Source: Ostreococcus lucimarinus (lineage: Eukaryota). From it: a stretch of 64,000 nucleotides of DNA. Position numbers and translations under genes: made by a program. Shown piece by piece: positions 10,285 to 19,837 of the stretch (position 1 is its first letter; every line of letters begins with the position of its first letter). The notes under the pieces were generated by a model. The model searched no databases. It worked only from the letters and a program-made list of their open reading frames with translations, and was not told the origin of the DNA. Location of the stretch: the NCBI GenBank assembly GCA_000092065.1, contig CP000591.1. One strand, given 5' to 3'.

Positions 10285-10851
10285 ATGCGGGCGGTGACGC
10301 GGATGACGCGAACGACGGTTCGCGCGATCGCGCGGCGCGCGTCGATCGCGACGACGGCGCGCGCGGCGGACGCGCCGGCGACGATCGGCGGGAATCGCGA
10401 CGATCCGCGTCAGCACGCGAACGGCGCGACGGCGCGGCGCGGGGGGACGCGCGATCGGTGGTTCGCGGCGGCGAAGAGCGAGGAGATGCCGATGCGAGCG
10501 ATCGCGGACGCGATCGGGGACGCGTTCGGGCCGGCGCTGGACGCGATCGCGGAGGAACGGCGACGACGAGGCGAGGCGAGGCGGGACGGGGGCGAGACGG
10601 AGGACGAGACGGAGGCGGGACTGTACGTGCCGGACATACCGGCGTTTTTGTGCGCGACGCGATTGGCGAGGGATTCACCGATGGTGAGGAGCGTGCTGGT
10701 GGTGGACGAACGCGCGCCGAGGACGAAACCGAGGTTGTCGTGGTACGACGTCGACGACGAAGGCTGGGCGCCGCGGGGGTGGTGGGAGGACGGCGTCAAG
10801 GCTGATTTCGCGTATTACTTTGGCGAACGGCGAGAATCGTCGACGAGATGA
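10285..10851 (+). CDS. small hypothetical protein with an N-terminal mitochondrial-presequence-like region
   Basis: ATG at 10285. N-terminus MRAVTRMTRTTVRAIARRASIATTARAA is Arg/Ala/Thr-rich and amphipathic-looking. C-terminal W-rich tail (PRLSWYDVDDEGWAPRGWWEDG). No family assigned. Confidence 0.4.
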   Translation: MRAVTRMTRTTVRAIARRASIATTARAADAPATIGGNRDDPRQHANGATARRGGTRDRWFAAAKSEEMPMRAIADAIGDAFGPALDAIAEERRRRGEARRDGGETEDETEAGLYVPDIPAFLCATRLARDSPMVRSVLVVDERAPRTKPRLSWYDVDDEGWAPRGWWEDGVKADFAYYFGERRESSTR

Positions 10852-11116
10852 GCGCTTCTCGTCGACGATCGCGCGCGTCGCGATCGTCGACGTTCGCGAC
10901 GCGTCGCGTCGCGCTCACGAGGAGGACGCGTCGTCGTACCCCCGCGCGCCGACCGCGAAACGCAGCCCGCAAAACGCATGTACACCGCACCGATACCGAT
11001 ACCACTCACTACTCTTGTTGTTGTTGTAACCAAGAAACACTGTATGTACACAACTACTACGTCGACGGATCGTCGTTCATCGACCGCGCTAAAAAACTAA
11101 CTAACTATCGAGCGTT

Positions 11117-11656
11117 CTAATCGCCGAGCGCGCGTCGAACGCCGTCGAGCGCGCGCTCGACCGCGGGCGCCACCAACCGACTCGCGAGCTCGGCGGTCGA
11201 TCGCAACTCTCGACACGACGCCTTCAACGCCGCCACGTCCGATTTCACGCGCTCGATCGACGGATTCTCGCGCGAGACGGACGCGCGCTCGACCGCCCAC
11301 GACGCCTTGTCCACCTCGTGCGCGGCTCGCGCCTCCGCCGCCATCTTTCGATATCGCTCCACCCTTCGCGTCCACTCAGAATCCCTCTTTATCAACGCTC
11401 GTCGCAGCGCCGCCATCTCCGCGCTCCACCGCGCCTCGAACTCGCGCTCGGCGTCCGCGATTCGCGTTCGCAACCGCGCGTTCTCTTCCTCCAGCGCGTC
11501 GATCGTCCGCGCCGTCGCCGCCGCCGTCTCGTCGCCTCGCCGACGTCGACGCGCGTCGTCCTCGTCCTTCGCGCGTCGTCCCGCGGCGATCCACGCCGGC
11601 GTGCGTTCGAGCGCGACGTTTTCGTCGTCGTCGTCGGAATCATTCGCCCCGCGCAT
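11117..11656 (-). CDS. hypothetical coiled-coil protein (179 aa)
   Basis: ATG at 11656. Heptad-like E/R/A-rich stretches. A 3' AT-rich island lies downstream. Confidence 0.4.
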   Translation of the reverse strand: MRGANDSDDDDENVALERTPAWIAAGRRAKDEDDARRRRRGDETAAATARTIDALEEENARLRTRIADAEREFEARWSAEMAALRRALIKRDSEWTRRVERYRKMAAEARAAHEVDKASWAVERASVSRENPSIERVKSDVAALKASCRELRSTAELASRLVAPAVERALDGVRRALGD

Positions 11657-11751
11657 CAGCGCCGACTGCGCGTCGGAATCGTCGCGTCGTCAGTCGCGCC
11701 GCGCGTCGGCGAATCGAATCGCATCGCGCGCACCGGCAGCGACCACATGGA

Positions 11752-11782
<31 letters not shown>

Positions 11783-11817
11783 CGCATCGCGACGTCACAG
11801 CGCGTCGCGCTGTGTCG

Positions 11818-12446
11818 ATGCGCATCGCCACCGCCGTCGCGCGCGCGCGCGCGGCGTCGGCGCCGCCGCGCGCGGCGCACCGCGCGCGCGCGAACGCGTC
11901 GCGCGTTTCGCGCGCGCGTCGCCGCCGCGCGTCGACGCCGGCGGCGTCGTCGACGAGGTTTGATTTAATTCTCCCGGGCGACGACGCGTTCGAGCGCTTG
12001 CGACCGCGCGACGACGACGAGGACGACGACGACGAGGACGACGACGACGAGGACGAGGACGACGCGACGGCGCCGCGCGCGCCGACGGTCGGTCGCACGG
12101 GTCGCGCGCTCGTGGCGCGGTGGCGCGTGGACGCGCGGTTCGGACGCAAGGCGGCGGCTCGGGACGCGCTGAAGCTCTGGGCGCGCGCGATCGGCGCCGA
12201 GGCCGGCGTGTCGAGCGATAGGTTTACGGTGTGCTCTGGGTACATCGGTGGACGGGAGGGCGCGCTGGAGCTCAGGGTGGATGGGTTCGGGACGCTCGGG
12301 GAGGTGGAGGCGTTTCTGAGCGGCGTGCCGCGGGAAAAACACGCGGCGTGGGGGAACGCGTTCGCGGAGAACATCGTCGATGGGACGCCGGAGTGGGTGA
12401 TCATGGACGTGAGTGGGGTCGGGGAGAGCGCGGGAGGGGAAACCGG

Positions 12447-12482
<36 letters not shown>

Positions 12483-12630
12483 CGCGCGGACGCCGAGGAA
12501 AAAGTACGAAGACGTCGACGAGAGCGAGCTCGTGCCGGGAACGACGCTTCCGGACGGACGCGTGGTCGTGGAAGATTGGAAGGGAGACCCGATGGTTTTG
12601 AACCCGGGAGATAGGATGCCGAGGTTCTAA
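11818..12630 (+). CDS. hypothetical protein with an acidic low-complexity insert
   Basis: ATG at 11818. Conserved-looking core (FTVCSGYIGGREGALELRVDGFGTLGEVEAFL, WGNAFAENIVDGTPEWVIMDVSG). An AT-rich terminator-like island follows. Confidence 0.45.
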
Positions 12631-12789
12631 TTTTTGCTCGGACGCGCGCGATGCGGGCGCGAGGGATTTCTTTCTATGTGCGTGTAATGTTTTCAACAAG
12701 TTTTCGTCTAAAATTTCAACTGTTTCTCGTCGGCGCGCGCGGCTATGTTGATTGTCGTGTCGTTAGCGTGGAATCACCTCGTCGTCGCA
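12631..12789. terminator. AT-rich convergent 3' intergenic island with a TGTAA-like element
   Basis: Local GC drops sharply (gtgtaatgttttcaacaagttttcgtctaaaatttcaactg). Both flanking genes end here. Confidence 0.4.
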
Positions 12790-13605
12790 TCACTGCGTCA
12801 TAGTGATAAAGAATTCATCGTCTCCGCCGCTCTCGCTCGTGGGAGAACGAGTGAGAGGCGAATACGGGTGCGCGCGAGAGCTCGACGACGCCTCTCGCTC
12901 CGCCGCGAACCGCGGCGCTCGCGGAGGCAAACCCGCATCGTACGCGTCCGTACCGGTGTCTTGACTCAGCGACACCATACCGGGCGTTCCAGGCGTTCGC
13001 GCGGAATCGCTCATCGAACCCATTCCTGGGCTCAGCGTACCGTTCGCGATCGCTCGCGCTCGCGCCAAACGAATCGCATCCGTCGCCCGTCGACTGCGCG
13101 CGATGATTCGATCGCGAATCCTGTGCTTCTCCCGCTCCTCGCGCACGTTCTCCGGCGTGAACCCTCTAGGTAACGGCGCTTGACACGTCGGACACTTTTG
13201 AATATTATGTTCCCTGCACTGCACCAAACAGCATCGATGAAACACGTGTCGGCACGTCAACCCGGTGACGAGTTCCACTTTATCTGGATTATCGCTCGCC
13301 TCCGGCCTCGTTCGATCCAACGGGCTCTGACACACCGCGCAATCGCTCTCACCGTACGCATACCTCGGCGTCTTCACGCTCCCCGGGGTTTTCATCACCA
13401 ATCCTCGTCCGCCGCTCGTCGCCTTGGGCGTGGCGAACAGCAACCCGTCCCGAATCGCATCCGCCAGCATTTCCGCCGCCTCCTCGCTCGACGCGCTCCC
13501 GACCGACGCTCGAGAGAGCGGCGGTGACGAAGAAAATATAGAATCGCGCTCCCGAGACGTCGTCGACGTCGGCGTCGACGTCGGCGTGCGCATGATATCC
13601 GTCAT
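12790..13605 (-). CDS. RING-H2 zinc-finger protein (E3 ligase-like)
   Basis: CAVCQSPL...CRHVFHRCCLVQC...CPTCQ, a C3H2C3 spacing. ATG at 13605. Confidence 0.75.
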   Translation of the reverse strand: MTDIMRTPTSTPTSTTSRERDSIFSSSPPLSRASVGSASSEEAAEMLADAIRDGLLFATPKATSGGRGLVMKTPGSVKTPRYAYGESDCAVCQSPLDRTRPEASDNPDKVELVTGLTCRHVFHRCCLVQCREHNIQKCPTCQAPLPRGFTPENVREEREKHRIRDRIIARSRRATDAIRLARARAIANGTLSPGMGSMSDSARTPGTPGMVSLSQDTGTDAYDAGLPPRAPRFAAEREASSSSRAHPYSPLTRSPTSESGGDDEFFITMTQ

Positions 13606-13849
13606 TTCGCCGTCGATTCCAAAACCAAACGCCGCGCTCTCGAACGAATCGAGCGCCGCTCGCGCGGTCGTCGCGCCCGTTCCGACGCGTCGCCGCGCGC
13701 GCAGAACGCGCGGTGACGCGCGTTACGTTCGCCGACCGCGTCTCGCGCGGCACCGGGCGACGTCGGCGTCGTGGACTGACGCGCGCGTCTCGACCGGGAC
13801 GCCGCGTTTGAATCGGCGCCGTCGTTCCCCTCTGCGATCGAGCGACGCG

Positions 13850-14641
13850 TCAGAGCAATATCGAGACGCGAGTGAGCACGGCAACACCGATGGCGAGCAA
13901 AATGAAGGCGAACACACACGACCTGTGCGCGCAAAAGGCGTGAACGATGGCGTACGCGCACGCCAACGGAGCGCACGCGTACAGGCAGCACCGCTCGCCG
14001 CGCGAGACGTCGCCGATTCGCTCGGCGCCGATTTCCAAGTCGCGCGCGCGCGCGTCGTCGTCTCGCGCGTCGTCGTCCCTCGCGCTCGCGCTCGACGACG
14101 ACGACACGGTTCGAGCGCGATACTTCTCGCGACGTAATCGTCGCTCCTTTCGCAGCTCGGCGCGCGTCGGCACGTTCGTCATTCGCTCGAGACAAATTTC
14201 GCAGTCGGCCGACTTGCGCGGCGCGCGCAGCACCCACGCCTCTAGACACTCGGCGTCGACGTGCACGACTCCCGAAACGCACGCGCACCCCAGTCGTACC
14301 GCGCGCGCATCGCGTATATCTTCGCGCGTGACGTCGAACAAACAGACCCGACACGCACCGACGAAGTCTTCTTCTTCTTCTTCTTCGTCGTTCGCGTCGT
14401 TCGCGTCGTCCCCGTCGTCCCGAACTCCATCGCCCGCATCGTCCCCATCCCGCGCGCTCGCGCCCATCGCCCACCCCCCGGTCTCGCGTACGACCACGAC
14501 CACGTCGTCGCCGCTTCCGCGATCCCTCCGCGCCGCTTCCGCGTCGTCGTCGTCTCCCGTCTCGCGTCCCTCGCGTCCGTCTCGCGCCCGCGTCGCCGCC
14601 GCGCGCGTCCTCGTCGTCACCGCGTCGTCCTCGGCGCCCAT
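13850..14641 (-). CDS. RING-CH (MARCH-type, C4HC3) membrane E3 ligase-like protein
   Basis: CRVCLFD...GCACVSGVVHVDAECLEAW...CEICLERM, followed by two hydrophobic helices. ATG at 14641. Confidence 0.7.
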   Translation of the reverse strand: MGAEDDAVTTRTRAAATRARDGREGRETGDDDDAEAARRDRGSGDDVVVVVRETGGWAMGASARDGDDAGDGVRDDGDDANDANDEEEEEEDFVGACRVCLFDVTREDIRDARAVRLGCACVSGVVHVDAECLEAWVLRAPRKSADCEICLERMTNVPTRAELRKERRLRREKYRARTVSSSSSASARDDDARDDDARARDLEIGAERIGDVSRGERCCLYACAPLACAYAIVHAFCAHRSCVFAFILLAIGVAVLTRVSILL

Positions 14642-14805
14642 CGCGCGCGTCGTCTCCCCGCTCGCGTCGGGTCCTCGCGTCGTCGACCGGTCGTTCGACC
14701 GCGCGTCGCTCGTCGTCGCGATGTGACGCGCGCGCCGTCGTCGTCGGACGCGCGTCGCGCGCGAAAACGGCGGTTCGAATCCCCGAGCCTCGGCGCGTCG
14801 GTATC

Positions 14806-14833
14806 AACCCTAAACCCTAAACCCTAAACCCTA
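14806..14833. promoter_or_regulatory. interstitial plant-type telomere repeat / telo-box cluster (AACCCTA)x4
   Basis: aaccctaaaccctaaaccctaaacccta is visible. It sits in the 259-bp divergent region between the RING-CH ATG (14641) and the DEAD-box ATG (14900). Confidence 0.85.
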
Positions 14834-14899
14834 CTCGCGAGGCGACAACCGCCGCCGCCGCGCGCGCGACGGCACTCCGACGCGCGCGGCGCCGTCGCG

Positions 14900-15223
14900 A
14901 TGGCGCTCGACGACGACGACGACGGCGCGTTCGTCCTGAACCTCGCCGACGACGGCGACGCCGGCGTCAGGGCGCGCAAGGGCAACCCGCGGCGACGCAC
15001 GGTGGCGCGCGCGTCCAAGAAAGGATGGCGCGGCGGCGGCGACGACGGCGCGACGCGCGCGCGCGAGGGACGGACGAGAGAAAAGCGCGCGCGAGACGAA
15101 GGCGAATGGAATCGCGGACGGGCGCGGACGAAGCGGGAGACGACGCGGGACGGCGCGAGGGGAGGGCGAGGGGCGGGACGCGGGACGCGCGCGCGGGACG
15201 CGGGAGAAGGACCGAAGACGCGG

Positions 15224-15255
<32 letters not shown>

Positions 15256-17233
15256 GGGGGATGCGTTCGAAGTCGTCGGCGCGCGCGATGGTGGGGAAGA
15301 CGACGGGGAGGCAGAGCGCGCGCTGACGTTCGATCCGCGAGATTGGGCGAGTTTGATGAAGCGCGCGGCGGGGACGTCGACGCGCGGCGAAGACGACGGC
15401 GAGGGCGAAAGCGAGAGCGATGGTGAGAGGGACGGCGCGGAGAGACATCGCGCGCGGGTTTTCGGGAAGGAACCGACGTCGTTCGAAGAGTGCGGGCTTC
15501 CGGCGTCGATGGTGAAGCACTTGATGGAGAATGTGGGGTTCGGCGCGCCGACGGCGGTGCAGGCGAAGACGATTCCGCGATTGTTGGCGGGACGGGACGT
15601 TTTAGTGCGCGCGGAGACGGGGTCGGGGAAGACGCTGAGTTACATCGCGCCGTTGTATAGTAAAATTGGAGGGATCACGCCGCGAGTGACTCGAGAGGAA
15701 GGCACGCGAGGGTTGGTGCTCGTGCCGACGAGAGAGTTGGCGACGCAAGTCGAGGACACGGCGCGGCGCGTCGGACGGCCGTTTCATTGGGTGGTCACGA
15801 GCTCGATCATGGGAGGCGAAAATCGGGCGAAAGAGAAAGCGCGATTGCGCAAAGGCGTTTCGCTGTTGATCGCCACTCCGGGTCGGCTTTTGGACCACTT
15901 GCGCATGACGGAGTCGTTCAACGTCGACAACTTGCGATGGCTCGTCCTCGACGAAGCCGATCGACTATTAGATTTGGGATTTGAAGAGGATTTGAACGCG
16001 ATTCTCAACGAAATCGGTCGACGCACCGAGGGCGCGAGTCTGTGCACGGCGCTGTTGTCCGCCACGCTCACGCCCGGGACGGCGCGTTTGGCCGAGCGAA
16101 TGACGGATCCGGTGACCATCGTCGTCGAGCCGGAAAAGGACGATTTGGAAATCGTCGGCGCCGACGGGAGCGATGACGAGGAAGGAGGCACGATGGACGT
16201 CGATGGATTAAAGCGCATGGCGAAAATAATGGCTGGTGGCGAGCGCGTGCGCATGCCCGAAGGGTTGAATCACACCGTGGTCGAAGTTTCCATGAAGGCG
16301 CGACTGCCCGCGTTGGCCGGTTTACTCGCTGGTTGGATGCAAGGATCAATTTCCAAAGCGATCGTGTTCTTTTCCTCGTGCGAATCCGTGGAGTATCACT
16401 ACAAAACCTTGCGCTGGCTCGCCGCGGGAGGCAAAGGAAAGGTGAAAGACGACGATGATTCGATTCAAGGGCCGTACGAAATTTTCCGCCTCCACGGCTT
16501 GCTCAGCCAGGGCGACCGCGCGAGCGTGTTTAGGAACTTTGCCAACACCAAAGCGGGCGTGTTACTGTGCACCGACGTCGGTGCGCGCGGCTTAGACTTC
16601 GTCGGCGTCGGAGCAACGGTGCAAGTCGACGCTCCGACGGACGCGACGACGTACATTCACCGCGTCGGGCGCACCGCCCGCCTCGGATCTGAGGGCGAAG
16701 CCGTGCTCTTTTTACAACCCAAGGAGCGGGAATTCGCAGAAGTGCTCACCGAAAAAGGCGTAAACTTCGCCAACGGTTCCGTCGTCGCGATGTTAGACGT
16801 CTTAGAAGACTCCAAAGACGCGAGCGAACGAGACAAATCGATGTTCAAGAGCATGCCCCATCTCCATCCCGCGTCCCAGCGCATGCTGAAGAAGCTCGTC
16901 GCCAAAGTCGCGAGCGACAAGCAGTACGACGTCTTGGCCAAGGACGCGTTCCGCGCCCACGTACGCGCCTACGCCACCTTCCCTTCCGCATTCAAGCACA
17001 TCTTTCACGTCAAGCGTCTCCATCTCGGTCACGTCGCCGCCGCCTTCGGCTTAAAAGACGCCCCTCAACTCATCGGCGCGAGCGCCACGAAAGCCGCGCT
17101 CAAGGCGCAAAAAGACGCCGCGAGGAAGAAATCCAACGTCGACGCCAGGCGCAAGAAGGATCAGCGCCAGGCCAAGCGCGCGAAAAAGCTCGCACCGCGC
17201 GCCGCGAGTTCTCTGCCCATCGGCGCCGCCTAG
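14900..17233 (+). CDS. DEAD-box ATP-dependent RNA helicase (DDX31/Dbp7-like, ribosome biogenesis)
   Basis: Q-motif region, ETGSGKT, PTRELA, DEAD (VLDEADRLLDLGFE), SAT, HRVGRTAR. Acidic N-terminus. ATG at 14900. Confidence 0.85.
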
Positions 17234-17370
17234 CGACGCGATCGCCGCGTCATGTAATCATCCGCCGCGCGCGCGCCGCGCGCTGACTGTACCGCGCAGA
17301 CCTCGACCGACGCGTCCACCGCGCTCGACCGCGCTCGACCGTCACACGCGCGCGCGCGCACGAGCCCGAC

Positions 17371-18468
17371 ATGCGCGCGCACGCGCTCTCGCTCTCGCTC
17401 TCTCTCTCTCGCGCGCTCGATGGACGCCGCGCGCGCGCCCCGCGTCGCGCGCGCGTCGACGATTCGACGGCGCGATCGACCTCGACCTCGCGGGGACGCA
17501 TTCGCGCCGTTGGCGGCGACGCGGGACGCGGCGCGCGCGCGATCGAGACGCGAACGAGCGCGCGAAAGACGCGAGACTGCGCGATGGAGGCGTCGAGCGC
17601 GTCGAGCGAACCGCCGAGCGAGTGCGAAGCGAACGGAATCGGGTGCGACTTGGAATTCATGAAGATGGTGCGGGACGACGCGGACAGACCGACGACTGGG
17701 TACGCGCTGCAGGCGACGATATTGGGGTCGTGCGTCCTGATGGGATTGATACTGTACATCTCGTTGGATTTAGGGTCGACGACGTTCGTGAATAACGCGT
17801 GGCAAAAGGTGGTGAACGCGACGGCGAAGAGCGGGTTCACGGCGGCGTTCGCGCTCATCTTCGTGAGCGAGCTCGGGGACAAGACTTTTTTCATCGCGGC
17901 GTTGCTAGCGATGCGCTTAGGAAGGTTGCGAGTGTTGGTAGGGGCGACGAGCGCGTTGGCGGCGATGACGGTGATATCGGTGGCGATCGGGAGGGCTTTT
18001 CAGCGATTACCGAGCTCGTTGATGACGACGCTGCCGGTGGGAGAGTACGCCGCGGTGGCGATGCTCTTGTTTTTTGGGATAAAGACGTTGAGAGACGCGC
18101 TGAGCATGGATCCGAGCGGGGCGACGCCCGAGGACCACGGAGAGTTAGCAGAAGCCACAGAGGTGGTGTGTAAGTCTACGAGCGCGCAAAAGCGCTCGCC
18201 AGGCTTGGCGGCTTTGATCGAGACTTTTTCGTTGATTTTCATCGCCGAGTGGGGCGACAGGAGCATGCTCGCCACCGTCGCGCTCGGCGCGGCACAAAAT
18301 CCCGTCGGCGTCGCTTTCGGCGCGTCGCTCGGACATTTTATCGCCACCTCGATCGCCGTCGTCGGCGGATCGTTACTATCGAAGAGAATCAGTGAACGCA
18401 CAGTCGGCATCGTCGGCGGTTCCCTCTTTCTCGTGTTCGCGTTGTTCACCGCCTTGGGCGTTTTTTAG
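17371..18468 (+). CDS. GDT1: UPF0016/GDT1 family cation (Mn2+/Ca2+) transporter (TMEM165/PAM71-like)
   Basis: Two E-x-G-D-(KR)-(TS) motifs (ELGDKTFF, EWGDRSML) in antiparallel TM repeats. ATG at 17371; an alternative in-frame ATG lies at 17584. Confidence 0.8.
   Translation: MRAHALSLSLSLSRALDGRRARAPRRARVDDSTARSTSTSRGRIRAVGGDAGRGARAIETRTSARKTRDCAMEASSASSEPPSECEANGIGCDLEFMKMVRDDADRPTTGYALQATILGSCVLMGLILYISLDLGSTTFVNNAWQKVVNATAKSGFTAAFALIFVSELGDKTFFIAALLAMRLGRLRVLVGATSALAAMTVISVAIGRAFQRLPSSLMTTLPVGEYAAVAMLLFFGIKTLRDALSMDPSGATPEDHGELAEATEVVCKSTSAQKRSPGLAALIETFSLIFIAEWGDRSMLATVALGAAQNPVGVAFGASLGHFIATSIAVVGGSLLSKRISERTVGIVGGSLFLVFALFTALGVF
17383..17408. repeat. (CT)n / CTCTCG microsatellite in the 5' end of the GDT1 ORF
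   Basis: The run ctctcgctctcgctctctctctctc is visible. It would encode LSLSLSLS if translated. Confidence 0.85.
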
Positions 18469-18546
18469 TTAGACCGATCTCGAGTTATTAAATAAATAAA
18501 TTACGAAAGACGATGAATGTGTGTATTACGTATTACGTCGACGCAG
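18469..18546. terminator. AT-rich convergent 3' island
   Basis: ttattaaataaataaattacgaaagacgatgaatgtgtgtattacg lies between the GDT1 and rhomboid stops. Confidence 0.4.
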
Positions 18547-19497
18547 TCACGGTGGAACCATGCGCGTGAGAAAGAAGATCAATAAAACACCCGCGAACGC
18601 GCCGCCGAGGTGCGCGACGTGATTGACGTTGCCCGCGCCGACGCCGCTCCCCGCCGCGGCGACCATTTTCGCCTCACTCAGAAATCTATCGACCACGAAT
18701 TGCCCGAGAATCACCACTTCTAACAATCTTCGCCAGTTCCAGCTCAATTTCACCAACACACTCACCGCGAACAGCCCGAACACAGCGCCCGAGGCGCCCA
18801 AACTCACCGTCGCCGCGCCGCCGATGCCGAGCACGCCTCCGACGCTCTTAGGCAACAACAACCACGACGCCACGTTCGCCCCGATCCCGGTGACGAGATA
18901 CGACATCCACACCCCGAAAGCTCCCTCCTCTTCCTCCACCAGCTTCCCGAAGATGTACAAAAAAAAGATGTTCGAACTCAAGTGCGCCCAGTTCGCGTGA
19001 CAAAACGTCGACGTCGCGAACTGCCACCACGTCGGTTTCGCGTGATTCAAATACAGCGTCTTCACGAACGCCATGTGCGCCCAGTGATCGCACGCGAACA
19101 ACGCAAAGTTTATGAACAGCAGCGCGAACACGCCGTCGTACGCCGCCGTCCGTCGCGACGGTCCGGCGCCGCGCAGCGCGCCCTTGGCCGCCCGCGCCGC
19201 CCCTCGCGCCGCGTCCCCGGCGTATTTCGCCATCAGCGCTTCCGCGTCCGGCAGCCCCGGGACGTCTGGGAACGAATCGTTTCGTCCCCCTTTCGCCTCG
19301 ACGCGCGCGTTCGCCCTCGCGCGCGCCGTTTCGCGCGTCCGAGGCGCGGCACTTTTGCGCACCTCGACGCGCTTGTCCCCCTCGACGCGTTGAAACGCCC
19401 TCGCGACGCTCTCGCGCGCCCTCGCGCGCGCGCGCGACGTCGACGGCGTCGCGACGCAGCCCCTCGACGCGCTCGCGCGCGCGCGCGCGATCGCCAT
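18547..19497 (-). CDS. rhomboid-family intramembrane serine protease
   Basis: GASGAVFGL (GxSG catalytic Ser) and AHLGGAFAG (catalytic His) within six TM helices. ATG at 19497. Confidence 0.75.
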   Translation of the reverse strand: MAIARARASASRGCVATPSTSRARARARESVARAFQRVEGDKRVEVRKSAAPRTRETARARANARVEAKGGRNDSFPDVPGLPDAEALMAKYAGDAARGAARAAKGALRGAGPSRRTAAYDGVFALLFINFALFACDHWAHMAFVKTLYLNHAKPTWWQFATSTFCHANWAHLSSNIFFLYIFGKLVEEEEGAFGVWMSYLVTGIGANVASWLLLPKSVGGVLGIGGAATVSLGASGAVFGLFAVSVLVKLSWNWRRLLEVVILGQFVVDRFLSEAKMVAAAGSGVGAGNVNHVAHLGGAFAGVLLIFFLTRMVPP

Positions 19498-19591
19498 GGC
19501 GCGCGCGCGACGAACAGTGCCGAAAACACGAATCCAAAAGCGTCCCGAAAAGCGTTAAAGCGTTCGATCCGGAATGGACGCGTCAGAACGA

Positions 19592-19660
19592 CGCGCGACG
19601 TCGGGCGGCGATCGATCGCGCGCGCGACGTCGCGCGCGCGGCGATCGATCGCGCGCGCGC
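19592..19660. promoter_or_regulatory. about 33-bp tandem repeat x2 containing the palindromes GACGTC and CGATCGATCG, in a bidirectional promoter
   Basis: Two copies of gcgcgacgtcg and two of ggcgatcgatcgcgcgcg alternate. They lie between the rhomboid ATG (19497) and the ferrochelatase ATG (19838). Confidence 0.6.
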
Positions 19661-19837
19661 GGACTCGGCGTCGCCACCGCGCGATCGCGCGCGTCGCCGC
19701 CGCGAGAGGTCGCGATCGAGGCGCGAAAACGCCGCCGACGTCGACGGAAAGCGGCGGCCGAGCCCTGATCGGATTGCTCGGAGAATCCGCGCCGTCGCGC
19801 GCGACCGCGGGCGCGCGAGGACGCGAGCGAACGAGAG

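Noticed and set aside
14768-14790. tRNA-like T-arm sequence GGTTCGAATCC
   Set aside because: I could not fold the flanking T-stem or acceptor stem, and there is no upstream cloverleaf. I call no tRNA or rRNA in the window.
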